Positions 39,785 through 54,252 of a stretch of DNA of 64,000 bases are shown one piece after another. The notes below the pieces were generated by a model that did not search any database, was not told the origin of the DNA, and was given only the letters and a program-made list of their open reading frames with translations. Within the stretch, counting starts at the first letter, position 1. The number at the start of each line of letters is the position of its first letter. Origin of the DNA: Octopus vulgaris (taxonomy: Eukaryota); the NCBI GenBank assembly GCA_951406725.2, contig OX597842.1:24428001-24492000 (forward strand), read 5' to 3'. The position numbers were made by a program, and so were the translations under genes.

Positions 39785-42755
39785 TCAATCGAGACCGTTT
39801 CGTTTACCTCCAATATCGAGGACGAAATACTTGGGTTCTCTTTTGATGACCTTGTAGGGCCCGGAATATGGTGGTCGAAGTTGAGAGGGTATCCCATCAT
39901 TCCTCACGAAGACATGAGTCCAAGTGTTGATATCTTTTGGGACACGTGAAACGACGTTCTGTTGTCTGGGGCCTGAAGGTGATAACTGCGACATGGATGT
40001 CTGTAATCGGTGCACATATTGTTGTGGGTCAGGAAAGTTTTGTGAAACAGGTTCGATCATCTGCCCAGGTAAGGTGAGTGTTGTGCCATAAACGAGTTCG
40101 GCCGGAGTATATCCCAGTTCTTCCTTAATCGTGGATCGAATTCCAAGGAGGATGAGAGGGAGATGTTCCAACCAGTGAGAACTGTCTGGAGCTGCTTTGA
40201 TAGATGCCTTGCAGGTTGGCGGTGAAAGCGTTCGACCATGCCATTTGCTGCAGGGTGGTAAGCTGTTGCCAGCGGGTGTGTTTACACTGCGAGGAGACGA
40301 GTCAGCCCGGTGAAAGGTGGGAATCGAACTGACCTCTGTCGGTGGTGATTGTTGCGGGTGTGCCAAAACGCGAAACCCATTGTGATATCAGCGTTTTAGC
40401 GACCGTTTCTGCTGATATATCAGATAAGGGCCAGGCTTTGGGCCATCGCGAGAACCTATCTACGCAAGTTAGCAAATATGAATAGTTCTGCGAAGGTGGC
40501 AGGGGTCCAACGATATCAATGTGAACGTGCTGAAATCGTGCGTGGGGCTGCGAAAATGAACCGATTGGTGATTTTATGTGCCGGTGGATTTTCGCTTTTT
40601 GGCACGCAACACAGCACTTGGTCCATTCTCTGATATCCTTGTTGATACTGATCCACACAAAACGGGTTGATATTAGCTTTTGAGTGGAGTGAATACCAGG
40701 ATGTGACAGAGAATGCAGAGCAGAGAAAAACTTCTCGACGATATCTCTGTGGTACATAAGGGCGTTGGTAACCAGTGGAAATATCACACCAAATATGGGC
40801 TGTGGATGATGGTAGCGGAACATGCTGGAATTTCAGAGATGACGAATTCCGGAGCTTTAGAAGTTCTTCGTCATTCTCCTGGTCAGCTGCTATATGTGCC
40901 AGATCAATTGTAGACGTGGTGTGAATAGCATTGATCTGCGCACGTGAAAGTGCATCGGCTGCCACGTTGGTCGTCCCTTTGATGTGGCGTATATCCGTCG
41001 TGTACTGCGATATGAAGTCCAGGTGGCGTATTTCTCTTGGCGAATGGCGATCCGGTTTGGTGTTAAATGCGTATACTACATGGCTTGTGGTCGGTGTATA
41101 TGGCAAAATTGGTACCTTCTAGCATGTGACGGAAATGCTTAACGGCCAGGTATGCCGCCAATAATACCCGACTGAATGTGCTGTATTTGGTTTCCGCGGG
41201 TTTTAACCGCTTAGAAAAGAAAGACAACGGTTGCCATATACCATCAACAAGCTGTTGTAGCACACCTCCGATTCCGGAATCGGATGCATCAACGAGTAAA
41301 CATCGTGGGGCGTCTGGTTTTGGATAAACCAACATGGTAGCGCTAGATAACGCTTTTTTCAGGGCAGCGAAAGAAACGAGTTGATCTTCGGTCAGAGCTA
41401 TATCTGCATTTTTGCAGGTTCGCTGACGTAGCAAATCCGTGAGCGGTTGCGCTATTTCAGTGAGGTGGGGCACGAACCGTCGATAGAAATTCGCTAGACC
41501 GAGATATTCCCTTAATTTGCGGAGAGATGTGGGTGGTGGAAAATCCACGATGGCCTTGAATTTCTTGGGAAGAGGACGAATTCCATTTTTATCGACTATA
41601 TGCCCGAGAAAATGAAGGGAAGCAACTCCGAACAAACATTTAGTAGGGTTGATAACAATTCCAAATCGACGTAGACGTTCGAATAGCAGGTGAAGGTGTT
41701 GATTATGCTCTTCGTCCGAGTTACTGGCCACGAGTATGTCGTCTATGTAGGCATAGACGAAAGGCAAACCTCTAGTCACCATGTCGATAAACCTTTGGAA
41801 TGTCTGTGCCGCGTTTCGTAAACCGAAAGGCATACGCAGGAATTCAAACATTCCGAAAGGTGTAGTAACTGCTGTCTTTGGGATGTCTGCAGGTTCGACT
41901 GGGATTTGGTTGTATGCTCGCACCAGGTCGATTTTTGAAAAGATGCGAGCTCCATGCAGCGAGCTCGAAAAGTCCTGAAGAAAAGGCACCTGGATGGGCA
42001 TCACTGATAGTGCTTTTATTCAGTGATCGATAATCGCCGCAAACCCGCCAATCGGTCGATGATTTTTTTGGGACGCAGTGTATCGGCGAGGACCAGTTGC
42101 TGCTGGAAACGCGGATGATTCCGAGGTCGAGCATGTGCTGGAATTCCCGCTTGACGGCCTGGAGACGATCAGGTGGTAACCTTCTGGGCCTTGCAGCAAC
42201 AGGTGGACCGCTGGTTTTGATGTGGTGGGTAACGTCGTGTTTTATCGGCTGGTTATGAAAAACTGGTCGCGCGACATCTGGATATTCAGTCAGGATGGAA
42301 CTGTGACGAGTCGTTGTCGTAAGCATTACAGTTGGGCTGACTGTGTCCATTTGAGCGGCTATACCGCGCACATTAAGCTTGGTGGTTGTGTCGACAAGTC
42401 GTCTGTTCTTTATGTCTACCAGGAGACCGAAATGATGCAGGAAATCGGCACCTAAGATAGGGGTCGGCAATTTAGCGATGACGAATACCCACTGAAATGT
42501 TCGGCGTAGTCCTATGTTTAATGTTAGGGACTGTTCACCGTAGGTTGGAATGGGTGAATGGTTGACTGCCTGAAGACAGACTGATGTCTCTTTTCTTTTT
42601 CCAGAAGTGTTGGAGACTGGGATGATGCTGACTTCCGCACCTGTGTCAACCAGGAAACGCGTGCCTGTTACACAATCGCAAACGAAAAACAGGCGACTGT
42701 GTGGGTGCGAACCAGGAACTTCCGTCGCGTTCAATTCCTGGCTGTGCCGTTTCCC
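39785..42755 (-). pseudogene. pol: Gypsy pol (protease, RT, RNase H, integrase), several frameshifts
   Basis: FLVDTGAEVS (PR); [18 protein letters not shown] (RT); VDASD...FFSKRL (RH); HSLSHPG..CVAC, HIDIVGP, TDRG, VERFH, PYSGPY (IN with GPY). Confidence 0.95.
42680..42755 (-). other. Programmed -1 ribosomal frameshift signal at the gag-pol junction
   Basis: G GGA AAC in the gag frame (42749-55). The -1 frame is the protease ORF. A 9-bp stem starts 7 nt downstream. Confidence 0.8.
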
Positions 42756-43177
42756 AAACTGGGTGAGGAAAACGAGCACGGTACCGTACATTTTTGTGCC
42801 CGTGTTCCGAATGTTCGGTGGTACCAACACGTGTCATGTGAGTTGCGGGTAGCACTGGGGCTTCGGGACCGTCTGCCATCTCGTCGAGATCGGCTGGTGC
42901 TTCGACGCTGGGGACTAAACTTTAGGGCTTGTATTTGGGCTGTGAGGATTTGTATTTGCGCAGCTTGCTGCGTCATTAATGCACGCAAATCCGAAATCTC
43001 GGAAGAACTGGTTTGTGCACGGAAAGGATTGGTACTGGGAGCGTCTGGCGTCACCATCGATACGGTTGGATATCTGTGCGGTACTTCGGCTATTTTGTCA
43101 GCTAGCTCCGCCAGTTCTTCCAGGGATGTGTTTTCTCTGGTAGACGCGAGAACAACCTGGGTATTTGGTAAAACCAC
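42731..43177 (-). CDS. gag: Gypsy gag C-terminal part with CHCC motif
   Basis: LEELAELADKI and CWYHRTFGTRAQKCTVPC (C-x2-H-x9-C-x3-C). The gag N-terminal IPPFWTHDPTLWF lies in ORF 43706..43942. Confidence 0.85.
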   Translation of the reverse strand: MVLPNTQVVLASTRENTSLEELAELADKIAEVPHRYPTVSMVTPDAPSTNPFRAQTSSSEISDLRALMTQQAAQIQILTAQIQALKFSPQRRSTSRSRRDGRRSRSPSATRNSHDTCWYHRTFGTRAQKCTVPCSFSSPSLGNGTARN

Positions 43178-44646
43178 AATGTAGATCGTGGTCCAGAATG
43201 GTGGAATTTTTAAAGAAATCGCCGCTGGAATGCCATGTCGACCATCGATACTGTTCCGGATATCTTGTTTTTGCGGAATTTTCAGTTGCTTGGTTGCTGG
43301 GTGATGTGCAAACTGTAATTCTTCGAAGCGGTTGATGAAGCTGGTTCTCTGGGAAGGCGAATTCGTTTTACGGGGTCACAAATGTAGTTGGATGTGTGGA
43401 TGTATTAATAAATACATAAGTTGTTTTGTAATAAATTAGAGATTTATTTGCACTACATCAATTTGTAAGCAATGCTACACATTGCTTGTACAGAATACAT
43501 ATTAAATAATGCTTGTACAGAATACATATTAAAGGATGCTTATACAGAATACATATTAAAGAAGAATATGTTTGATGGTGTGTGTGTGTGTGAGTAAATC
43601 ATGCTGGACAGTCACCTTTATGCATATTCTCTCGTCGTCTCCAAAAATGCGTAGCGTTCGTTTAGGCGTCGGCTCCGGTTCTCTCTAGATACCGATTTTT
43701 CCGTTCTATTTATAAAATCTGGCAACAGAGAACTGATAACATGAGAAAGTCGAGACGCATCGCTCAATATTCTGTGAGAGGCAAACTGTGCCTCTAGTAT
43801 GGTAAAACCACAATGTAGGGTCGTGAGTCCAGAATGGTGGAATTTTTGTCAGAAGAAATCGCCGCTTGGAATGCATTGATATTTGGATTCTGAGGTCCAT
43901 GATTCTTGGATTTGATGTAATTTTTCGAATCCAAAGGCGCAATTCGTTTTACGGGGTCACCAAATGTAGTGGATGTGTGGAGTTGTTTTGTAATAAATTA
44001 GAGATGCTAACTCTTACACACAACCTTTTCAATAGTTTTGACTCTGTCCGTTATTTACACTGCTTTTCCTTTTGTTTGTTTGGGTGCATTGAAACTAAAC
44101 TAGAGAAAGTATTAGATTTATGACTCAGGTCATTATAGACGAAAGTAATGTCTTGTGTCATGAGTATCATTTTAAAGTGTAATTTATTCGGGTAAAAACT
44201 AGTTTATATCCACAGTTTATCATTATGAAAATGTAGTTATAATTTTTATTGTTAAACCTTTGCTTTTTAAGTCTTTCCTATATCTTCTACTGTTTCTGTG
44301 TCATTTCAGATACTCGTATAAAGGAGTTTTACGTGAGATACATCATGAATATTGATCATGTTTTGAGAAACGAATGTCAGCCGTTATAAATAATAGATAA
44401 TAACTCTGTTTATATAATATATCTCTGGTGAATAACGGTGAAATATTTCTTCTGAATTGATAGCAACATTTGTTTTCCTCATTGCCAGGAATATTTACAA
44501 AAGTATTTTGCATTCAGTTTGAATGTGAGAAAATCTGGAAAGGTGTTTGTATCATTTTCAGATATTGAAGATCAGATTTGCTGTAGAAGATATATATAAA
44601 GAAGAAGAGGAAAATATATTTTCTGTCTGTATACTACAGAACAATA

Positions 44647-46285
<1,639 letters not shown>

Positions 46286-47679
46286 CACTGTAGTATCTGC
46301 AGGCAAATCATTCCGTTTAAGAAAATATTTAATTAATTACAAGTCTGCTCATACTGGAGAGAAACTATGTGACTGTGATGTCTGCAGCAAATCATTCTCT
46401 TGTGAATATGCTGTATATACTTATAAACGTATTCATACAGGAGAGAAACTCTACTGCTGTGATACCTGAGGTAAATCATTCTCTGTGGAACAATATTGAA
46501 CTCATCACAAATACATTCATACAGGAGAGAAATCATATCACTGTGACATCTGTGACAAGTCATTCTTTCATAGAGAGAAATAATAAACTAAACACAAACA
46601 TATTCATACAGGAGAAGATTCTTATGACTGTGTAATCTGTGCTAAATCATTCTCTCAATAATCTACCTTAACTAAACATATACTTATTCATATTGATCAA
46701 TAACAATATCAATGATAAAACAGATGTCCTGCTGAATAAAATACAGCAAATGTATTACTTTTTACAAAATAAATTCATTTTTCACATTTTCCTCATTTGC
46801 ATCAACTCACTAATTACGATTTGTGTTTTTTATTCAAACAATATTGATTATATTAATTTGCTCTGTTTTCTTGAGGATATATTATTTTGACACAAATGTA
46901 TTACACTCCAGTTCCCAGCCATGATCAGTTATCCTCTGCTGGACACACTCAGGGATCCCAGGATCTGCACCCTTTGTGCTACTGCCCACATATTCTGGCA
47001 CTAGCTGGAGGCTTATTGCTGTTTGTCACAGTTTTGGGTGTAGAGTGGGAAATATTTTTCAAAAGCCTAATGCCCCACTCTACCTATGGTTCAAGCACAT
47101 CCCCGCTCAACCCATGCAAGGGATTATCATCATACTTATTTTTTGCTAAATCATTCTGTAGAGCAGGTTTTCATAGTCTTGTTCTTACCAGACACCAAGC
47201 AGGGATTTATGATGGGCATCTGGTTAGAATGGCACCTGTTGTGATGAGAGTTGCCATGTCCCCTTGTGAGAGATAGACTGGTCCGAGTAAAGTATAAATA
47301 GTAACGATCTGAGTGAGTTTGCGGTTCAGAGTCAAGTGAAGTCGGAAGGTGTCGCTTGGTTTACTTCCTAAGGAATATTGAATATTGGTTCGTAAAAGAT
47401 TTGTTAGTTCATTAGATTGTTGTTACAATTTTCTGGTTATCTTATTTATTGTACGGAACAATTATGTTACAACATCTGGCGATGAGGGTTTCGAAGCTCT
47501 TGCAGGTCAGTTAACAAAGTTTTGTGATACAAAATTGTTAAATCATGGAAGACTAATTAGCTTCTTTAAAACTGTTGCAAAATCAACGACAAAGGCAGCA
47601 ACAACAACAATTATTGGAGCTTTATTCAAAGAAGTCCAAAAATGAGGGAAGTACATTTTTGCCAGACGACGTTTTGGAC

Positions 47680-48270
47680 TCGATGAATCCAGTTATAACC
47701 CAGAGGACGGTATAACTGTTGCATTGTACTACAGCAGGTAATTTTTAAGGAAGATTGTAAGACATGGTCAGACACAGAAAAAGTAAGGTTATTATGACAT
47801 AAATGAGCCCCATCTGAGTATGAACATTATTTTAATTTCATATTACCCAAAAAAAACTCAATGAAATTTGTTTTAAAGAAACAATAGAATTACTGTCTAA
47901 CATATTTGGTGATAAAACTTCTCTAACACTTGGATGGTGTTTTGGAATATAATGAAAAAAGAGGATGGTGATTTTATCACATAGGCAGGAACAATTGACA
48001 GAATGTGTGAATATTTTTAAACTCAGAGAATTTACACCTGAGATGTTCAGGTGTCTTCTTTTTGTACAAGGCCTTACAACAACTGAATATACAGAAATTC
48101 ACACTGCAGAACTAAATTCTGAAGATCAACCATTAAAGATCCTAGAGGGCTCTCAACAGAAACAAAATTCGACTCCCAAATGAGAAAATTTGTACATGTA
48201 AAAATGATTGGAATACATATTAAACTTCAGTTCGATCCTGGAAGTGATATTTCAATAATAAATATGGATA
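47680..48270 (+). mobile_element. Old Gypsy gag/protease remnant; copies at 17600-18190 (-) and 62140-62693
   Basis: YNPEDGIT, WSDTEKVRLL, FILPK, FKETIELLSNIFG, and IKLQLDIGSDISII (decayed DTG protease motif). Confidence 0.6.
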
Positions 48271-49861
48271 CATGGAAGAAAATAGGGGAACCTATCTATT
48301 TTACATGTTTCAGGCATTTGACAGTGGCCATGCTGGAGCACCGCCTTTAGTTGAGCAAATAAACCCCAGGACTTATTCTTTGTAAGCCTTGTACTTATTC
48401 TATTTTTCTCTTTTGCCAAACTGCTATGTGACGGGTGTGTAAACACACCAGCATCGGTTGTCAAGCAATGTTGGGGGGACAAACACAGACACACAAGCAT
48501 ACATATATATACATACATACATATATAACCAGAAAATTGTAACAACAATCTAATGAACTAACAAATCTTTTACGAACCAATATTCAATATTCCTTAGGAA
48601 GTAAACCAAGCGACACCTTCCGACTCACAAGACTTTGGTCGACCCGAAGCTATAGTAGAAGACATTGAACCAATGTGCCACATTGTGGGACTGAACCCGG
48701 AACCTTATGGTTCATAAGCAAGCTACTTACCACACAGCCACTCCTGCGCCTATGTTGAGAAAAACAGCAAAATTTCTTTGTAGCATGACAGGTGACAAAT
48801 TAAATTTCATAGGCGAAATGTGGGGATATGTCACATTTCAAGTGAAAGCAAGCAAGGAGAATGTCTTCATCATTAAAAATGTTGATTATCTGTTTGGTAC
48901 CTTTTTTTTTCTTCTTGTTTCAGCTCAGAGCTGTGGCCATGCTGATGCACCACCGTTCTGTGCTACAATGTTATTACGAAGAACTTCCTCTAATATGTGG
49001 CACTTGGTGAAGAATGGAGTTTGATATAGCTACATACATACATATATATAAGTATATATATATACATACATATATATATATATATATACACATTTTTTTT
49101 TTTCTTGCTTCAGCTCACAGCTGTGGCCATGCTGATGCACCGCCGTTTTGTGCTACACTGTTATTACGAAGAACCACCCCCAATATGTGGCACTTGGTGA
49201 AGAATGGGGTTTGATATAGCTACTCTCATTTGCACCTCTTGCCGTGAGGTAGGTTCATCTGGGACTCTTGACAGGATGATGTCCAGCTTTGATTTAAAAA
49301 CCACTGCATCTACTTTGTGGATCATCGTCTAGCGTTCGTTTTCCATGCTAGCATGGGTTGGATGGTTCAACTGGGGTCTGGGAAGCCAGAAGGCTGCATC
49401 AGGCCCAGTCTGATCTGGCAGTGTTTCTACGGCTGGATGCCCTTCCTAACGCCAACCACTCAATGAGTAGTATGTGATTTCTATGTGCCACCGGCACCGG
49501 TGCCAGATGAGGCTGGCAAACGTCCATGATCGGATGGTGCTTTTTACGTGCCACCGGTACAAGGAGCCAGAGGAGGCTGGCAAACGGCCATCTAAACATT
49601 TAATACCTTGTCTTTTGTAAATCAAATAATATCAACAAATTATAAAACAAACGCAAAACAAGAAGAAATTTTGCAGAACAGACGTTATTTTAATGAAATA
49701 TATCTTGTAATCACCTGAAAAGATACATCTACACTGTTGGATACTCATAAAGCAACTCTTCAATATTCCACTCATAAAGGATCAAAGCAAGATATGTTGA
49801 AACAATTGTAGTGATCAATAAATATTCTTGTATCTTCCATTAATTATATCATCATCATCAT

Positions 49862-50082
49862 CTATTTCTTTGCTGCCCACAAGGGGCTAAACATAGAGGG
49901 GACAAACAAGGACAGACAAAGGGATTAAGTCGATTACATCGACCCCCAGTGCGAAACTGGTACTTTATTTATCGACCCCAAAAGGATGATAGGCAAAGTC
50001 GACCTTGGCGGAATTTGAACTCAGAACGTAACGACAGACGAAATACCGCAAAGCATTTCGCCCGGCCTGCTAACGTTTCTGC
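49862..50082 (-). mobile_element. SINE family 2; copies at 1403-1590, 15790-16153, 36350-36535, and 38101-38277 (10-bp TSD GATATTAATT)
   Basis: gagctggcagaaacgttagc...gagttcaaattccgcc (B box)...gcctttcatcctttcggggtcgat...gccccttgtgggtaataaagaaa tail. Confidence 0.8.
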
Positions 50083-50689
50083 ATCATCATCATCGTTTAA
50101 TGTCTGCTTTCCTTGATGGCATGGGTTGGACGGTTTGACCGGGTCTCTGGGAAGCCAGATGGCTGCACCAGGCTCCAGTCTGATCTGGCAGTGTTTCTAC
50201 AGCTGGATGCCTTTTTCTCCATGCCAAGCAGGGCCATCTCCCTCACAGGATCTGTCTTTGGGCTTTGCTAAATTTACTGTATGATTTTCAATCCAGATCT
50301 TGCTTCCATACCTGAAATTTGTTCTCTAATTGTGGTAGGGATTCAACAATAAGAACAAGTTCATCAGCTTGGAAGAGATCCCAAAGGCAGACAATCTTAA
50401 ACTCCTTCCTAATGCCAATCACTCCGTGGATGTAGTGGGTGCATTTTACATGCCACCAGCACAGGTGCCAGGCAAGGCTGGCAACGGCTATGATCGGTTG
50501 GTGCTTTTTACCAGCAAGGAAGCCAGTCAAGGTGGTGCTGGCATCAGCCATGTTCGGATGGTGCTTTTTACTTGCCACCGGCACAGGTATCACAACTACA
50601 ATTTCCATTTGATTTTTGATGTTGATGTACTTGACTCAATAGGTCTCCTCATATATAAATGTAAGTTCCATGGATCAAGGTGTAGAATT

Positions 50690-51107
50690 GTATCAAGTAG
50701 AAGCACAAATGATGCTATCTTCCTGGTGAGGCAAAAGCAGAAGTACTTGGTCAAAGATATATCTTTGTATTTGGCTTTTGTTGACATGGAAAAAGCTTTG
50801 GACAGAGTCACCTACTCCATTATTTGGTGAGCAATAGAGAAGCTAGGGAGAGATGAGTGGTTGGTGAGACATGTAAAAGCCATGTATAGGGATGCTGTCA
50901 GTAAGGTAGACGTCACCAATGAGTATAGCGTGAATTTTAGTGTCAAAACAGGAGTCCACCAAGGATCGTTTTTCACCCCACTCTTGTTTATCATAGTCCT
51001 GCAAGCAATAACAGAGGAATTTAAGATTGGCTGTCCTTGGGATCTCTTCCAAGCTGATGACCTTGTTATTATTGCTGAATCCCTACCAAAATTAGAGAAC
51101 AAATTTC
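50690..51107 (+). mobile_element. RTE-clade LINE reverse-transcriptase fragment; paralog 31742-32150 (-); further pieces at 32440-32635, 3600-3707 and 13380-13487
   Basis: STNDAIFLVRQ, AFVDMEKA, GVHQGS..PLLF, QADDL; LDEMQFGFMPGKSTTDA at ~3620. Confidence 0.85.
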
Positions 51108-52439
51108 GGATCTTTTCCTTTTGAACGGCACTTTGTAATATAATGTGTTTATAAAACATCATTTTTTCTTGGCTTTATTGAGAAAATTCTATAGTTTGTA
51201 AGATATTTCGTCTGAAAATTCGAGTATTTTGGCAATTTTAACCAATCGCTGGAGTCCATTTAGGTAAACATTCCGTGCTGTATGAATATGTCCCTCCTTT
51301 AAGAAACAGATTGGGTTTATTTACATTTGTGAAGAAAAAAAGATACCCTTCCCACACCCCAACCCTAACTCTAAAATAGATTGAAATGCAATAGATCGAT
51401 ACTAGGGCCATAATTATGGGTGACATTTTCATTTGACACCGCTAGAAAAAAATCCCACTTTCTGTAGCGGTGTCGTATGAAATTGTCATCAATAATTATG
51501 GCCCTAGTATCGATCTATTGCATTTCAATCTCTTTTAGATTTAGGGTTCGGGGTGGGGGAATGGTATCTTTTTTTCTTCACAAATGTAAATAAACCCAAT
51601 CTGTTTCTTAAAGGAGGGACATATTCATTAAGCACAGAATGTTATTTACCTAAATGGAGGTCAGCGATTAGTTAAAATTGCCAAAATACTCGAATTTTCA
51701 GACTAAATATCTTACAAACTATAGAATTTTCTCAATAAAGCCAAGAAAAAAATGATGTTTTATAAACACATTCTAATAGTATACGAAGTTTAAAAGTGCT
51801 TAGTTAACTAGAAATTGTGTTGAAAAGCACCGTTCTGGATTGAAAAACTATACAGTAAATTTAGCAAAGACCAAAGACAGATCTTGTCAGAGAGATGGCC
51901 CTGCTCGGCATGTAGAAAAGATGTCAGGAGAAACTCCATGTAGTGTACCCAGTACAAGATATGGACACATATTGTTCATTAGATTATAGGCTGCGGATCG
52001 TGGGATAGCCTAAGCATGTCCAGCAGAGAACAACTGATCATCGTTGGGAACTGAAATGTGATACAATGGTGTCAAAATAATATATACACAAGAAAACAGC
52101 AAATTAATGTAATTAAAATTGTTTGAATGAAAACCACACACATTATAATTAATGAGTTGATGCAAATGAGGAAAATGTAAAAAATTTATTTGTCCGAAAA
52201 AAAGTAATACAATTGCTGTATTTTATTCCCCATTTTATCACTGGTATTGTTATTGATCAATATCAATAAATACAGGTTTAGTTAAATTACATTAAGAGAA
52301 TGATTTTGCACAGATAACACAGCAAGATGTCTTCTCTCCTGTATGAATGCATTTAAAATTAGTTAAACAACATAATCCTAAGAGAATGATTTACTACAGA
52401 TATCAAAACCAAAAATCAAAATCATAATCGATCAACATC

Positions 52440-52720
52440 AATGGAATTTGTAGCTGTGATACACAGTGCCGGTGGCACATAAGTGAACCATCCGAACGTG
52501 GCCGTTTGCCAGCCTCGTCTGGCACCTTTGCCGGTGGCACGTAAAAAGCACCCACTACAATCACGGAGTGGTTGGCGTTAGGAAGGGCATCCAGCTGTAG
52601 AAACACTCCCAGATCAGACTGGAGCCTGGCACAGCCTTCTGGCTTCCCAGACCCCAGTTGAACCGTCCAACCCATGCTAGCATGGAAAGCAGACGCTAAA
52701 CGATGATGATGATGATGATC
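52440..52720 (+). mobile_element. SINE or RTE-tail family 3 ending in (GAT)n; copies at 30050-30310, 49320-49590, 50085-50215, 50405-50600 and 32215-32760
   Basis: gttggcgttaggaagggcatccagctgtagaaac core and a gatgatgat tail. Confidence 0.7.
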
Positions 52721-53031
52721 ACAGTGATACAATATCTGCCCAATCTAAGTGGATTTGTGACAAAAATATTTTCTTACGCAGAATGATTTACTGCAGATAT
52801 TACAGTGCTATGATGTCTCTCCTGTATGAATGTATTTGTAATTAGTTAAATATTGTTCCACAGAGAATGATTTATCACACCTCTTACAGTGAAAGGGCTT
52901 CTCTCTTGTATAAATACATTTATGAGTATATATAGCACATTGCTGAGATATAGTTTGTCTCCTTTATGAGTGGACTTATGATTACTCAAATATTTTCTTA
53001 CACAGAATGATTTACTGCAGATATCACAGTG

Positions 53032-54252
53032 CTATGATTTCTCTCTTGTATGAATGTATTTGTGTCTATTAAAGTTACTTTTACGAGAGAATGATTTACC
53101 ACAGATATCACAGTGATATTGTTTCTCTCCTGTATGAATGTATTTGTGTCTAGTAAGGTTACTTTTTCCAGTGAATGATTTACCACATATATCACACTGA
53201 TATGGCCTCTCATCAGTGTGAGTACGTTCATGAGCAGTTGAATAACTTCTTAATACAAAGGATTTATCACAGATATTGCAGTGATATGGTTTCTCTCCTG
53301 TATGAATGGATTTGTGAGAAGTAAGGTTACCTTTTTGAGAGAATGATTTACCACAAATATCGCAGTGATATGGCTTCTCACCTGTATGTGTATATTTGTG
53401 AGTAGTTAAATGACTTTTTAATGGAAAGGATTTATCACAGATATTGCAGTGATATGGTTTCTCTCCTGTATGAATGTGTTTGTGTGTAGTAAGGTTACTG
53501 TTATGAGAGAATGATTTACCACAAATATCACAGTGATATGGTTTCTCTCCTGTATGAATGTATTTGTGATGAGTAAGATGATCTTTCTTAGAGAATGATT
53601 TACCACATATATCACAGTGATATGGTTTCTCTCCTGTATGAGTGTATTTGTGAGAAATAAGGCTACCTTTTCGAGAGAATGATTTACCACAAATTTCGCA
53701 GTGATATGGCTTTTCATGAGTATGGAAACGTTTGTGTCTAGTTAAATCACTCCTTAGTGAAAAGGATTTATCACAGATATCGCATTGATATGGTTTCTCT
53801 CCTGTATGAATGTATTTGTGAGTTTTAAGGTGACTTTTTTGAGAGAATGATTTACCACAAGCATCACAGTGATGTTGTTTCTCTCCGGTATGAATGTATT
53901 TGTGACAAATTAGGCCAGTCTTTTGAGAGAATGATTTACCACAGATATCACAGTGATACGGTTTCTCTCCTGTGTGAATGTATTTGTGACAAGTAAGGCT
54001 ACCTTTTTGAGAGAATGATTTACCACAAATTTCGCAGTGATATGGTTTCTCTCCCGTATGAATGTATTTGTGATGAGTAAGATGATCTTTCTGAGAGAAT
54101 GACCTGCCACAGATATCACAGCGATATTGCTTTCCACTTGGTTCAATACACTTGTGAACAGTGAGATTTGCTGTATTAGAAAAAGTCTTTTTACAGATAT
54201 CACATTGGTCTGATAATTTTTCTCTTTCTCTTGTCATCTCCGGCGGATTCAT
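53032..54252 (-). CDS. C2H2 zinc-finger protein (ZNF-6), 1 degenerate + 13 fingers, intact; paralog of ZNF-4
   Basis: ORF 53032..54384, ATG at 54252. N-terminus and flanks match ZNF-4 in inverted orientation. Confidence 0.9.
   Translation of the reverse strand: MNPPEMTREREKLSDQCDICKKTFSNTANLTVHKCIEPSGKQYRCDICGRSFSQKDHLTHHKYIHTGEKPYHCEICGKSFSQKGSLTCHKYIHTGEKPYHCDICGKSFSQKTGLICHKYIHTGEKQHHCDACGKSFSQKSHLKTHKYIHTGEKPYQCDICDKSFSLRSDLTRHKRFHTHEKPYHCEICGKSFSRKGSLISHKYTHTGEKPYHCDICGKSFSKKDHLTHHKYIHTGEKPYHCDICGKSFSHNSNLTTHKHIHTGEKPYHCNICDKSFPLKSHLTTHKYTHTGEKPYHCDICGKSFSQKGNLTSHKSIHTGEKPYHCNICDKSFVLRSYSTAHERTHTDERPYQCDICGKSFTGKSNLTRHKYIHTGEKQYHCDICGKSFSRKSNFNRHKYIHTREKS

Larger units (their letters stand above)
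38462..44020 (-). mobile_element. Ty3/Gypsy LTR retrotransposon, CsRn1/Kabuki-type
   Basis: TG...CA ends. 4-bp TSD CAAC (38458-61, 44021-24); the paralogous empty site is at ~59000. LTR copies at 38462-~39042 and 43383-43720. PBS TGGTGACCCCG (43952-62). PPT AGAAGGGGGTGAG (39043-55). Order gag-PR-RT-RH-IN. Confidence 0.95.

Noticed and set aside
46693-47645. Short ORFs conserved in three copies (MINNNIND..., MTQMYYTP..., VRKRFVSS...)
   Set aside because: Their conservation is explained by recent segmental duplication; no domain signal.
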